A stretch of DNA of 54,493 nucleotides from Prorocentrum cordatum (GCA_963575745.1 CAUYUJ010000235.1:62001-116493), one strand, 5' to 3'. Counted from the stretch's first letter, positions 23,837 through 35,639 are shown. Made by a program: numbers and translations. The notes: generated from the letters alone by a model not told the origin.

Positions 23837-26800
23837 GGGCCCGCTCCTGAATTGCTCCACCTCGCTCGAACATGGGCAGCAGAGCCTTCCCCCGTACCAA
23901 TTCAGGCACCCGTTCGCCTTCCTCCCGGCTGCTTGCCAGGCACCCGAGCACATGGTACCTCTCTACTTGTCACTTGCCGCCGCCGTGGCAGCCTCGGCCC
24001 GCGATTCGTCGGGCTCCGCCGATGACCGCGCGAGGAATGCGGGCGTCGCCGACACCGCCGCGCCCAAGCTGCCGCTGAGAAACAAATTACCCGAGACGCC
24101 ACTGCCATCGCTACACTGGCCGCCATAGACGCAGTCGTGGCCCTGGCTTCTCTTGCCGGCGCCGGCCGGCCTTCTGCTGATGGCGACGGACGCGATGAAA
24201 CATTTCAGGGACCTCAAGACCCGTTCCAAGGACGTCAAGACCCTTAGCGCCACCGCGCCGCCCAGCTCGCATCAGCAGCTCCTGCTGCTGCCGCGGCCAT
24301 GGCGCCTGCAGCGGCTCCAGGTGGTGGCTTTGCTTGTCTCTGGCCCGCTGGCGCGGCTGGTGCTGGGTCGATTGTCATTGCGGTTATGGCCCCGGGCCTG
24401 CGCACGGAAATTCAGGCTCTGCTCCAGCGCCAGGTCCGTGACGCCACGGCGGCTGTCGAGGTGCGGTCAATGCAGCTCCTGTAACAGGCCCAGCAGGACT
24501 TTGCGTCGCCTCTCCAGAACTGGGCGCAGCTGCTCAATCAGAGAACCGATAGCATTGCCACCGATGTCGCGGGACAGCGACTGCGGATCGATGCTGCTGA
24601 GACCGAGCAGCGGCGCTTGCGCCGAGAGGTCGACCGTCTCTCCGAGCTCATGGGCTTGGCCGAGCAGCAGGCGGGCCTCGTCGACATCGGGCGGCTGTCC
24701 GAGTGGGACCGGAAGGTGGGCCCCACTTTGTTTTCGATTTCGCGCCCTCGCAATGCTGCGCCCGGCAACGCACGGCGGGCACTGGCGAGCTGGACTGCCG
24801 CGACCCAGCCCGCCCGCCCCTGACATGGTCGAGTTCTACGACAACATCCCCGCCAGACGTTTCTGGATGCGCTCCAAAGGAGGGCCCCCGCGGCCCTGCC
24901 CCGGGCCCTGGCCCCCGCGGACGGGCGCAGAACGGCGCGCTCTCGAGGCCGCCGACGTGGACCGCGCCACCGCCCGCCCCCACGTCAACCCTGACAAGGC
25001 AGCGCCACCGATGCGCAAGGAGATCCACGCGAGGAAGGCGCAGCTGGCCCTGCAGAAGGTCGCCCCGAACAACAAATGGCGCGCGACCCACGCTCGCGGC
25101 GAGTGCCACTCCACCTGGGCGCCGGCGGCGCGGATCGGGATCCGCGGCAAAGGACTCCGAGTCCGACGTCCGACGCCGCTGCTGAACACCCGCGTCAAAG
25201 ACGCAGTCCTGCGCGAGCTCCGCGCCCCCACCGCCGCGGCAGACGCTGCGGAGCGGCGCGTTCGACGACCGCTTCGCCCCCTGGAGCTCGGCAGGCTCAC
25301 TCGGGACGGCAACGGTGGCGAGCTGGCGCGCCACTGGGCACCCGTGCTATCGCCGAAAGCGGCGCCTCCGCAAACTGCGCGCGCTCGCGCGCGACGCGGA
25401 GCCGCTGCGGTCATCCAGGAGGCGCGCGGCTCTAGCGGCGCGCCCTTTCGAGCGCGACTTCCGCGCCCCTTTCCCGTCGGCGCGAGCGGGCGGGGCGGCC
25501 GCGCTCTGGCCGCGATGCCCGCGCGCCGGGCAGCCCGCGCAGGCGCGCAATGCTCCGCGTTCCAGCCGCCAGAACTCCCGCTTTCCAGATCCGATCGCTC
25601 AACGCGCACGACTATGGGCTGTCGGGGCCGGCCTGGCAAAACATTGGGCGACGCTGGCAACGGGCAGCGGCGCGGGCCGCCCACGACCACCAGCGCCACA
25701 TTTACATTGCCGTGGGCGACTTCTAACTTCAACATTGGCGAGACGGCCCCGCAGAGCCACGCGCGCCGGATCCTCGGCACGCCATCTTCCGACCCCGAGT
25801 TGGCCATCACGCACATGCGTCTTCACGACAACCTTTGTGTGACATGATGGTGAAAGTAGTAACGGAAGCCCCCGCCCACTGCCACCGCCAGCGCCATTCC
25901 GCGACTTCCCCGGGCAGAATCCCCCGCGGCCCCCCCGCGAGCGACCTCGAGCAGCTCTTCGAGATGCAGCAGGGATGTCATATTCTCGTCTGAGTGATCA
26001 CGCGGTGGCGCGCCTCTGCCTGGGCTTCCAGGCGAGGCCGCCGCCGCCGGATCGCCCCCTCCCTGCCGGCATCTTCGACGGCCCCCTGTTTGGCGGCGAG
26101 CTCGGCCAGCTCCCGGAGCCGTCGCGCCTGGGCCGCCCCCCCGCGGCGTAGCGGCAACACCGCGAAAAACTCACGCGGCTGGCCGCGCAGTTCGTCCGCG
26201 AGCACTCGCAGAGGCCCCCCGGCGACGATCCCTCGCCGTCGGCGCAGCAGGGGCGCCAGGTCACGGCCCGGGCCATTGCGCGGGCGCGCTGGTGACAGGA
26301 CGCCCGCGTTGCGCACCTCGCGCGGAACTCCACCGATCTCGGCGCCTTGCGCATCGACGCGGCGAACGGCGCAGCGGCGCTCTCCGACCAGCGGGCGTTC
26401 GCTCGCGTCGCCGGAGTTGCCGCCGAGACAGAGCAGGCTCGCCTTCGCGGGATCGCCGCGCGCCGAGCTCGAGAAGCGCGGGCGGCGAACCAGCCTCTGG
26501 CTGCAGAGGGCCCGCGGCGAGCCAAACGCGTAGCTGCGCGGCGCGCCCTAGCCTGGGCCCCGTTTCGACGCGAGGTTATCTCCGCGGGCACCCGCGTCGA
26601 CGACTCGTCGTCCGGCGCCCGGGTCGCCGCCGACCCCAAGGCCACGCTCGACGCCATTGAGAGATTGGGGGCCCATCTTCACGAGGCCGCCCGCGCCCGA
26701 GGAGGAGACCGAGGCCTGCGCCAACGCGCGCGCGCCTGCCGGCGACGCCCCGGACACGGCGGCGCCCTGCGCGGCTAAGGCAACGGCCGCGCCGAGGACA

Positions 26801-28440
26801 TGGCGGCGATAGCAGCCAGAGCCAGACGGCTTCATCCATGACGCGCGGCCCCAACACCTGGCGTCACTGAGTGCCCCAATGGACCTGCAATCGCACGCGC
26901 ACTCGGGCGCCGATGCCCCCCCGCGCCCCAAAGACGCGGACGCGGCCTGCACCTCCGAGGGGAAGATCGCGGAATACGCCGTCGCGTCGCGCCGCGGGCC
27001 CGAAGACCCGCGCACCTTAGAACAATGACATCAAGGCTCTCGCCAGCACGATGGCCTTCAAGCCCCGCGGCCCAGCGCAGGAGCGGGCGCGCGAATCGCA
27101 GATGGGCTGCGTCCACGGCAGGAATGTCTGCAGCCTCGCGGCGGCCCTTTTACGCAGAAGCGCGGCGCGCGGGCGGACATTCCACCGCGGGCGGAGGGGC
27201 GAACGCCGAGCTTCAGGAGCTACGACTGCGCAGCCGCCTTCCCGAGCCTGTCCGGGAGCTGGCTCACGCGTGCACTGTGGTGGAATGGTCCTCCAATCGG
27301 TTACATCTGGACGTTCAGCGCCTGGCGACGGCTGGGTCCGCGCGGCTGGGCGACGACAGCGTTTTCCCCCTGCGATGGCCGGAGCAGCCCAGGGATGTCG
27401 GGCCTCTGGGGTGGCGCGGAAGGCGGCCATGAACGCCATGCTGCGTTCAACCTGCGCGCCCCCCCCCCCTCGCTGGGCGCCGGCTGCGTCGGCGGCTGCG
27501 CGGGCGACGCGGGCGTCGTCAGCTACGACGTACATGATATAAGCCTCCTGTCGGCGCCTTTCCGCGCCGCGGGGCGTCTCGCTGGACCTAGCGCTCAAGG
27601 CCACCAATTGCGTGACAGTGCCGCTGCATGTGATCCAGACACTTGCACTCGCGGCACGGCTCTCGGAACAATTGGGCTTGCTGGGCGATGAGCGGGGGCT
27701 GTTCAAGATAGCAGCGCGCGCGCGTCACTCAGGACTGTTCGCGGGGCGGGGTGCCGACAGAGCACGGCAATGGCACGGCCCGCGGCAGAAGTGGTGGGGC
27801 CGCATTCATCATACTCTTGCGACCAACGCTCCGCCCGACAGCGCGGTCCGCTTGCATGCCTCCCTCGCGGCGTCAACTCTTCAATTTGTGGCCCAATGTG
27901 CACCTCTACCTCCGACGGTTCGTTCGGATGTCCTGGCCCTCCACTCGCTCTTTAAAGTCCCTCCCAGTTCGTTCTCACGCCCTGAGCTTTTGAGTTTTGC
28001 CACGTGGTTCCCAGCGGGCGCCATCCCCTCCCTGGAGGTCATGAACACCGTTGCGCGCATGCGCACGGCTTTGCGCATTCTCCCAGATTAGAGGTTGGCT
28101 TTGGAGCGTCTTCGGAGTGCGACGGAAGATCCCACGTTGTAGATTGACTTCAGGAGGGGAGGGTGGTCGCCGCGATTTGGGGAGGACCCGGCGGCATTTG
28201 CCCGGCACCTGGCTGCGGAGGCGGAAGGTAGCGAGGACTTGCCGCCATTTCAGGTTAGGGATCTTCAAGCGACGCGGCAAGCGACGCAGGGCGAGCGCCA
28301 GCAGGCAGCGGTGGCGAGCAGGAAGCCCCACATCCAGCGTGCCGTCGCGCGCTCCCTCTTGCCCGACTCCTTCCCGCACCGCCTCCACCTCCTCCTTCAC
28401 CGCCGCTGCCGCGCATGGCATGGCGCGCCCAGGACGGTTT
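23815..28440 (+). mobile_element. LINE C: SL-headed degenerate non-LTR retrotransposon (ORF1-like, APE, RT; 3' end missing)
   Basis: Coiled-coil ORF1-like region about 24150-25200; VIQEARG (QE 25416-25421); VGDF 25712-25723; RLSDHAV (SDH 25993-26001); NNDIKALA..QMGCVHGR 27021-27125; YDCAAAFPS from 27221; AQGCRASG about 27390; CAGD (decayed xADD) 27497-27508; thumb region 27612-28091. Confidence 0.85.
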
Positions 28441-28600
28441 GAGGAGGAGGAGGAGGAGGAGGAAAGGAGGAGGAGGAGGAGGAGGAGGAGGTGGAGGAGG
28501 AGGAGGAGGAGGAGGAGGAGGACGCGGAGGAGGAGGACGGAAGGAGCGGGAGAGGAGGAGGAGAATACGGACGAGGGAAGAGGAGGAGGAGGAGGAGGAG

Positions 28601-28635
<35 letters not shown>

Positions 28636-28662
28636 GGAGAGGAGGAGGAGGAGGAGGAGGAC
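28440..28662. repeat. (GAG)n tract
   Basis: Directly visible. Confidence 0.95.
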
Positions 28663-28890
28663 GGTCGACGAGATGAGGGAGGTTTGGGGTGAGCTCCGCA
28701 GGGAACTCGTCCGTGTGCCACCGCCCTGGCGCCGGGCTCTCCTCAAAACGGCGCGCGGCGGGCGGGACGGCCCGTCGTGGGCGCCCGCGCGCCCTCCGAG
28801 CTCGGCCCCGTCGTTCCGGCTGCCCCCGGCGCGCGTGCCTTCGGCGATTCCCGCCGGTGCCTCGCATGCCCCTGCCTCGCTGGCCTCCTC

Positions 28891-28990
28891 GAGCTCGGAG
28901 AGGAAGAGCTCGGAGGGGAAGAGATCGGAGAGGAAGAGCTCGGAGGGGAAGGGCTCGGAGGGGAAGAGCTCAGAGGGGAAGAGCTCGGAT
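28891..28990 (+). repeat. 15-bp tandem repeat, about 6.5 copies
   Basis: Unit gagctcggag(a/g)ggaa. Confidence 0.9.
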
Positions 28991-29024
28991 GCCCCGGCGC
29001 ACGTGCCTTCGACGATTCTCACCG

Positions 29025-29185
29025 CCCACCAAACCACCCCAACCCAACCCGAAGGCTCTGATTTGCCCTCGATTTCCAGTGGGGGGGGGGGTCGGGAGAC
29101 GTCGAAAAAACACATGTGGAACCCTTACCCCCCCCCCAGCCCGAAATAGTCGGGTCTTCGGGTTGGGTTGGGGTGGTCTGGTGGG
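29025..29185. mobile_element. 161-bp MITE-like element with 30-bp inverted arms
   Basis: cccaccaaaccaccccaacccaacccgaag / cttcgggttgggttggggtggtctggtggg (1 mismatch); the inner G-run and C-run also pair. Confidence 0.7.
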
Positions 29186-30143
29186 TAGTCAGATTCCCGC
29201 CAGTGCCTCACATGCCCCTGCCTCACTGGCCTCCTCTTTTTCTCTCTCGTCTCCGACCCCTGCCGACCCGGTCCAGCGGCGGGCCGTCGGCACCTTCCCC
29301 ACCGGGCCGCTCGCTCGTCGCGCTGCCATACGACGAGTCGTGAAGCATTTGCCAACTACGAGAAGGAGGAGAAGGAGGAGGAGGATTCGAGGGATGTGGT
29401 ACCAACTACGAGAAGGAGGAGGATTTTTTTGACAAGGGATTCTTCTTGAAATGCTTTACAAGACGATTCCTATTGCCATCCTTTAAAACGTTCCTATTGA
29501 CATCCTTCACAAAAGGTTCCTTGCTATAACAAATTCAAGGAGGGCGAAGAGCGCCTGTCTTTTGCCGCCGTGGCGCGTTGCGTATCAGGCAGCGGCCGTC
29601 GCCTACCAGGAGTGAGCCGCGAGCGCAGCTCCTGGTCACTCAAGTGGTGTCGCCCCCCCCTCCTCTGATCCTCCTCTCCTCTAATCTCTTCTGATCCTCC
29701 CCTGATCCTCCTCTCCTCTGATCCTCCTCCTCCTCTCCTCTGATCCTCCTCCCCCCCTCCGTTTCCCGTGGCGTCGTCTCCCGAATCCCCCTCCTGTCCG
29801 CACCAGGGCCCGATTCGATCCATGCAGTAAAGACCCGTGCCAAGAAGCACCCTGCTTGCCTCCGGGGTGCCTTGTGTGTCTTGGGATTCGGTGGTTTTGA
29901 TATGGACAGCGTGGCGTTCCCACACCAAAAAACAATGGACGTTCTGGGGTTTCAGGGTTGGGTTTATTGTGGAAGGTCTCTTGTGGACTGGCCCCCACTG
30001 TATCCATTGGCGGTCGGCTGCCCACTCAGCTCGTCCCCTATATCCAGAGGCTGGCTTCTGTGACCGCGTAAGTCTGTCGAGGCATCTAGCCGTCGTTGTC
30101 GACGAACTGGCGCGCCGCAGTGTACTTGCCCTCCTCCTCCTCC

Positions 30144-30177
<34 letters not shown>

Positions 30178-30380
30178 TCTCCTCAGATTCCTCTTCCTCC
30201 TCTTCTTCCTCCTCGCCTCCTCGTCCTCCTCCTCCTCCTCCTCTTCCTCCTCCTTCTCCTCCTCCTCCTCTTCCTCCTAGCGCCAACTCGGCACAGGGAG
30301 GGCCTGGTTGCCAGCCCGCGCCATTGGCGCCTCCCGCGCCGCCCTTCCTGCCCCTGCCTCCCGCCCTCACCCGCAGATCC

Positions 30381-31070
30381 ATGGAGGAGCATCCTGATGC
30401 CGACGCTGCGCCGAAGCGCCGCCGCCCTGACCTGTCGGCGGCGGCCAGGCGGGCGCAGTACTTGCGCGCTGAGGCCCGGGTCACGGCGCACTTGCTGCGC
30501 GCCTTGGACGCCCTGTCTGAGCACCGCCGCGTGCAGCCTTCGCGCCTCGCAAGGGCTCTGGCTGCCGCGCTGCGGCCGCATACCGCTGCGCCCGCCGAGG
30601 TACACCATGCTGCCGAGGGCGGCGCTCCTGATGTTGCTGGCGACAGTGGCCCTCCAGTTGCTCCTCGGGTTCCTGCGTGTGAAGTTCCTGCTCATTCGGA
30701 TATTATGGCTTCTCGTTCCTTGCAGGTCAAAGGCACGGACGACGACGCGGACATGAGCAAGTGCAAGAACAGTAACAGTGATATGGCTGTGCGCGCCGGT
30801 ACTCGCCCTGATCCATGGGCTGCTGGCGCCGACCCGTGGTCTTTTCCCCCCTTCGAGGGTAAGGACAACTACAAGGGCAAGGGTAAAGGCAAGGACTGGA
30901 TTGACGGCGGAGTCGTCGTTGACTGCCGCGCCTGCGTGCGCATGCGCGGGTTTGCCATCCAGGGCGGAGCGGCCTGGCGCAGGGAATGCCAGGCCGCGAT
31001 GAAAAATTGCAAGGGCAAGGGCGAGGGGAAGGGCAAGGTCGAGGTGAGGCGGCAGCGCTTCGCCTTGTAG
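30381..31070 (+). CDS. Uncharacterised ORF, probably retroelement ORF1-like or a retrocopy
   Basis: ATG at 30381; helical segment RRAQYLRAEARVTAHLLRAL..HR..PSRLARAL, DPWAAGADPWS and KGKGKGK motifs; flanked by (CCT)n on both sides. Confidence 0.45.
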   Translation: MEEHPDADAAPKRRRPDLSAAARRAQYLRAEARVTAHLLRALDALSEHRRVQPSRLARALAAALRPHTAAPAEVHHAAEGGAPDVAGDSGPPVAPRVPACEVPAHSDIMASRSLQVKGTDDDADMSKCKNSNSDMAVRAGTRPDPWAAGADPWSFPPFEGKDNYKGKGKGKDWIDGGVVVDCRACVRMRGFAIQGGAAWRRECQAAMKNCKGKGEGKGKVEVRRQRFAL

Positions 31071-32652
31071 GCGCCGTTCCCCTTAATCCACTCCTCTTCG
31101 AACCATATTCTCCTCCCTCCTTCGCCTCCCTCCTTCGCCCCTCCGCCCCTCCGCTCGTAGGCATTTGGGTGGTGGAGGCCAGGAGGACGAGGCAACGGCC
31201 TCGAGCGTGCCGTCTCCTGGGCGTCGTGCTGAGACCATGCGTGGCGCCCCATGGCTGCGCTTTCTGGCATGTTGGTTGGACGGGGACCCTGTGCCGCGGA
31301 GCGGTGCAGGGTATCCCTCTAACCTTCGTTACTGGAAGGCTCAGCCTTGTCCCCCCGAAGTGTCCAATCCAATCCTCCTCTTCTTCCTCCTCCTCCTCCT
31401 CATCCTCCTCCTCCTCCTTCTCTTCCTCCTCCTCCTCCTCGTTTTCGTCCTCCTCCCTCCTCCTAGCCGTTCCTCCCGAGCGGAGGGGCCAGGCCGCCGC
31501 GCGCGCGGGGCCCCGAGCCCCCCTCGGGTCCCGTCGGCAAACTTGGGAGCGGCAATGCCGACGGGGAACCGCCAGACATAGACCGCGGCAGAGAGCAGGC
31601 TGGAGGGCAGCAGGTACATGGAGGGTTCCTCAACGGCGTGGGGAGAAGAAGGGGATCGCGCGCCGCCCCAGCGACAAGGGGGGCCAGCAGAGGCTGCGCG
31701 TCGTGGCAACTCGCCGCCCCACGGCCAAAGCTTCGCTGGAAGCCCATTCCGGTTCTGCGCATCATCTGCCACGGGCCCGCGGCCACCGGCGCAGGTGCGC
31801 CCCAGTGTGTGTTGCGGGGGGATGAACAGTGCAACGTCAATCTCTCTCTCTCTCTCTCGGGCTGGGGGGGCACCGAGGTATCGCCACAGCGTTCGGGCTC
31901 CCACTTATCCCATACCGTCTGCAGGATCATGGCGCTGTACATGTTGAAGGCCATCGTGCACTGCGGCTGGCCACATTCCTTCTTGTGCGATTGCATCCTG
32001 AGCTCTTTGTTTGGTCATGGGAGTGGTAAGTCCTCCCGTTCCTGAGGGTTGGTGCTAAACCCGAAAAGAACAAAAGAGTTATGCGAAAAGCACCAGGAGG
32101 AGGCTTGGGGTGAACCGAGAAACCCCTGTTTCGGAGTGGGCGTTTGGCCCGCTGTATCTCGAGTTCGTGTCAGTGGCCAAAGGCCGCTGGGATGGAGCGT
32201 CCAAACGAGATGTTTCAGCACCCTTATGTCTACCGCGGAGCGGGGATTGTAAGAGAGTGCACCCCCCGTGAGGGCCCCTTTCAAGAAAGGCCCCTCTCGC
32301 AGAAAGGAAATAGCCCAGGAAATAGTCCTCCCTCCTCCTGGCCCGATCTCCACGTCTGGCCCGCTCGGGATCACGCGATCCTAGCGGCTGGTGTTTCAAA
32401 CTCTGCGGGACAGGCCCGAGGCTCCCTTGCTCTTCGTACCATTTCTGGGCCAGCGCGTGCTCTTGGAGGCCACGGTGGCAAAGCAGCTCTCGCGCCAGAT
32501 GGTTCGGGGCACCGCTCTGCTAGTCGCGAAAGGCAGTCAGCTTGGATTTTGCAAGGCCGTCATCCTAGCAAAGAAAAGGCACGAGGTGCTTCGGTCCACC
32601 GTGTTCTCGGATGCGGCCCGCGATTACCTCCCGGGTAAGATGGGCCTGGACG

Positions 32653-32868
32653 ATGGGTCGCGAATGGCGGCCGTCTTCCTCCCCCTGCGCCGCCCGCCGC
32701 CCCCGAGGCGTCGCGCTGGCGCCCTCGCCGCCCCCGCGGACGTGCCGCCGACCGCCCGCGCCCTCGCCGCTCGCGGCCGGCCCGCCGGGCGGACGCCCGC
32801 CGGCGGCCAGCCCGCGGGCGGCCTCGTCCTCGCCGCTCGCCGGCAGCGCCGCCGAGCGGGCCTACGAG
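32653..32868 (+). CDS. Candidate first exon of the host gene (transit-peptide-like; frame uncertain)
   Basis: Ala/Pro/Arg-rich after ATG 32653 or 32664; ends at GAG|GC (32868). The 32653 frame joins 37187 as AAERAYE|AERAKFAS. Confidence 0.3.
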
Positions 32869-33905
32869 GCCCATGGCGCGGCCCCCCCTGGGAGGAGGAG
32901 GAGATGGACGAGGAGGAGGACGAGGAACACGAGGAGGAAAAGGAGGAAGACGACGACAACTAAGAGGAGGAGGAGGAGGAGGAGGAGGAGGAGGAGGAGG
33001 AGGTGGGAGGGAGGAAGGTGGTTGTGGAGGAGGAGGAGATGGATGAGGAGGGGGAGGAGGAGGAAGAGGAGGAGGAGGGGGGAGGAGGGGAAGGAGGGAG
33101 GGTATGAGGCGCTGTACTGGGAGGAAGGAGGAGAGGAAGGAGGAGCTGGAGGAGGAGGAGGAGGGAGGAGGAGGAGGGGAGACAGAAGAGGGAGGAGGAG
33201 TAGGAGGGACAACGACTATTACGACGGCGAAGAAGGAGGCGGGGGGGGATGGTGGGTGGGGGGGGGGTGAAGTTAGAGGAGGAGCAGGAGCGGTTCGCTG
33301 AGGGCAGAAACAGGTCGCGGTACCGCGCCTTTCCCTCATCGCCGCATCGTGGAAAAATATGCCGGGAGGTCTTGTTATTTCTTGATGCCGAGAGGCCCTT
33401 GCTGCGCCTTGAGACCGTCCAGAAACGATTCGGGATGAAAGGCCCCTCCTCGGGAAGGGATCCAGACCTCTAGGGGTCCTTGTCCTGAAAAAAATAGGCC
33501 GACGTCGGGGATCTGGGTCCCTGGCTGAGGGCAGAGAGAGGTAGAGAGCACGAGGCCTTCCCCTCGTCGCCGCGGCTGGGTACGCACCCCGGGGGAAGTC
33601 CGGGGAGCCTGGCAGCACCGTCCGGGGGAATAGATTCAGGGTCAGCGGTGGCGGTTCTCAGCTGTCGTCCAACCTCCGGGGTGCTTCATGGCAGATGCAC
33701 CTCGCGGGGAACAGCTCCTCCTTCTCTCTCTCTCTCTCTTTCTCTCTCGCAACTCTGCCCAGCGATCCCTTATGCGCTATTCCACGGGATTCCTGTTGCG
33801 ATGCGCTCCGATTTGTCCCAACCATCCTGTGGTGTTGGGTCCTCGTTTTGAAGAGACGGCGCCCCGCGTTCCTCACCTCCTCCTCCTCCCCCCCCTCCCT
33901 CCTCC

Positions 33906-33906
<1 letters not shown>

Positions 33907-33989
<83 letters not shown>

Positions 33990-34014
33990 CATCCATCATC
34001 ATCACATCATCATC
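33907..34014. repeat. (CAT)n microsatellite
   Basis: Directly visible. Confidence 0.95.
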
Positions 34015-34019
34015 AAACC

Positions 34020-35525
34020 ACCGATTTCGGCGTCACACCTCACACCGTTTCGTGGCCCATAGGGAAGCTCCAACCGAATGCCCCAGTGGCAGGGTTCGCA
34101 TGCCTCCCACTTTCCCCATTTCGGCACACCCCTCACACGCTTCGTGCCCCATGGGAGCTCCACCGAAGGCCCCAGTGGCAGGGTCCGCATGCCTCCCCCC
34201 ACCCTTTCGGCACACCCCTCCCACGCTTCCGGCCCCATGTGAGGCTCCACCGCGGCCCCAGTGGCAGGGTCCCATGCCTCCCCACCACCCATGTTCGGCA
34301 ACACCTGGAGCACCCCTCACACGTTTCGTGGCCCCATAGGGAGCTCCACCGAAGGCCCCAGTGGCTGCGCCCGCATGCGGTTCCACCCCCCATTCGGGCA
34401 CACCCCTCACACGTTTCGTGGCCCCATAGGGAGCTCCACCGAAGGCCCCAGTGGCTGCGCCCGCATGCGGTTCCACCCCCCATTCTGGCACACCCCTCAC
34501 ACGTTTCGTGGCCCCATAGGGAGCTCCACCGAAGGCCCCAGTGGCTGCGTTCGCATGTCTCCCCACCATCCATTTCGGCACACCCCTCACACGTTTCGTG
34601 GCCCCATAGGGAGCTCCACCGAAGGCCCCAGTGGCTGCGTTCGCATGCCTCCCACCACCCATTTCGGCACACCCCTCACACGTTTCGTGGCCCCATAGGG
34701 AGCTCCACCGAAGGCCCCAGTGGCTGCGTTCGCATGCCCCCCCACCACCCATTTCGGCACACCCCTCACACGTTTCGTGGCCCCATAGGGAGCTCCACCG
34801 AAGGCCCCAGTGGCAGGGTCCGCATGCCTCCCCACCACCCATTTCGGCACAACGCTCACACGTTTCGTGGCCCCATAGGGAGCTCCACCGAAGGCCCCAG
34901 TGGCAGGGTCCGCATGCCTCCCCACCACCCATTTCGGCACACCCCATCACACGTTTCGTGGCCCCATAGGGAGCTCCACCGAAGGCCCCAGTGGCAACGT
35001 TCGCATGCCGCCCCACCACCCATTTCGGCACACCCCTCACACGTTTCGTGGCCCCATAAGGAGCTCCACCGAAGGCCCCAGTGGCCTGGTTCGTATGCCT
35101 CCCCGACACCCATTTCGGCACATCCCTCACACGTTTCGTGGCCCCATAGGGATTTCCACTGAAGGCCCCAGTGATTGGGTTCGCATGCGCCCCCACACCC
35201 ATTTCGGCACACCCCTCACACGTTTCGTGGCCCCATAGGGAGCTCCACCGAAGGCCTTAGTGGCTGCGTCCGCATGCCGCCCCCGCACCAATTTCGGCAC
35301 ACCCCTCACACGCTTCGTGGCCCCACAGGGAGCTCCACCGAAGGCCCCAGTGGCTGCGTTCGCATGCCCCCCCCCACACCAACTTCGGTGCACCCCTCAC
35401 ACGTTTCGTGGCCCCATAAGGAGCTCCACCGAAGGCCCCAGTGGCAACGTTCGCATGCCGCCCCCACACCCATTTCGGCACACCCCTCAAACGGTTCGTG
35501 GCCCCATAGGGAGATCCACCGAAGA
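34020..35525 (+). repeat. About 90-bp tandem satellite, 17 units
   Basis: Core catttcggcacacccctcacacgtttcgtggccccatagggagctccaccgaaggccccagtgg plus a semi-variable segment of about 25 bp; period 89-91 bp in the central units. Confidence 0.95.
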
Positions 35526-35639
35526 CGGTATTCACACCAGCATTACTCACAACTGCGTATGGTTGGGTCCTTCGCCAGGCTAATTTGTTGCGTTGCCCAA
35601 AGAATCCTGAATGCGAGGCCGTCCAGTAGAACGTGTTAG

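Noticed and set aside
23815..23900. SL RNA gene
   Set aside because: No GT donor follows the 22-mer and there is no T-run terminator or tandem SL repeat.
24153..25847. 564-aa ORF as an intact gene
   Set aside because: It drifts across frameshifted ORF1 and APE remnants of LINE C; motifs fall in different frames.
32386..32634. Separate coding exon (FQTLRDRPEAPLLFV...)
   Set aside because: It has plausible splice sites but no recognisable family or partner exon, and may be upstream sequence of the host gene; left uncalled.
33249..33473. Exon REVLLFLDAERPLLRLETVQKRFG
   Set aside because: The nucleotides align with the dispersed repeat family at 1821-1960.
34033..35202. 389-aa and 358-aa repeat ORFs as real proteins
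   Set aside because: They are open because the unit is 90 bp and stop-poor; single-base indels shift frames freely between units.
34020..35525. CRISPR array
   Set aside because: The variable segments are mutual derivatives rather than unique spacers, the core is too long, no cas genes are visible and the context is eukaryotic.
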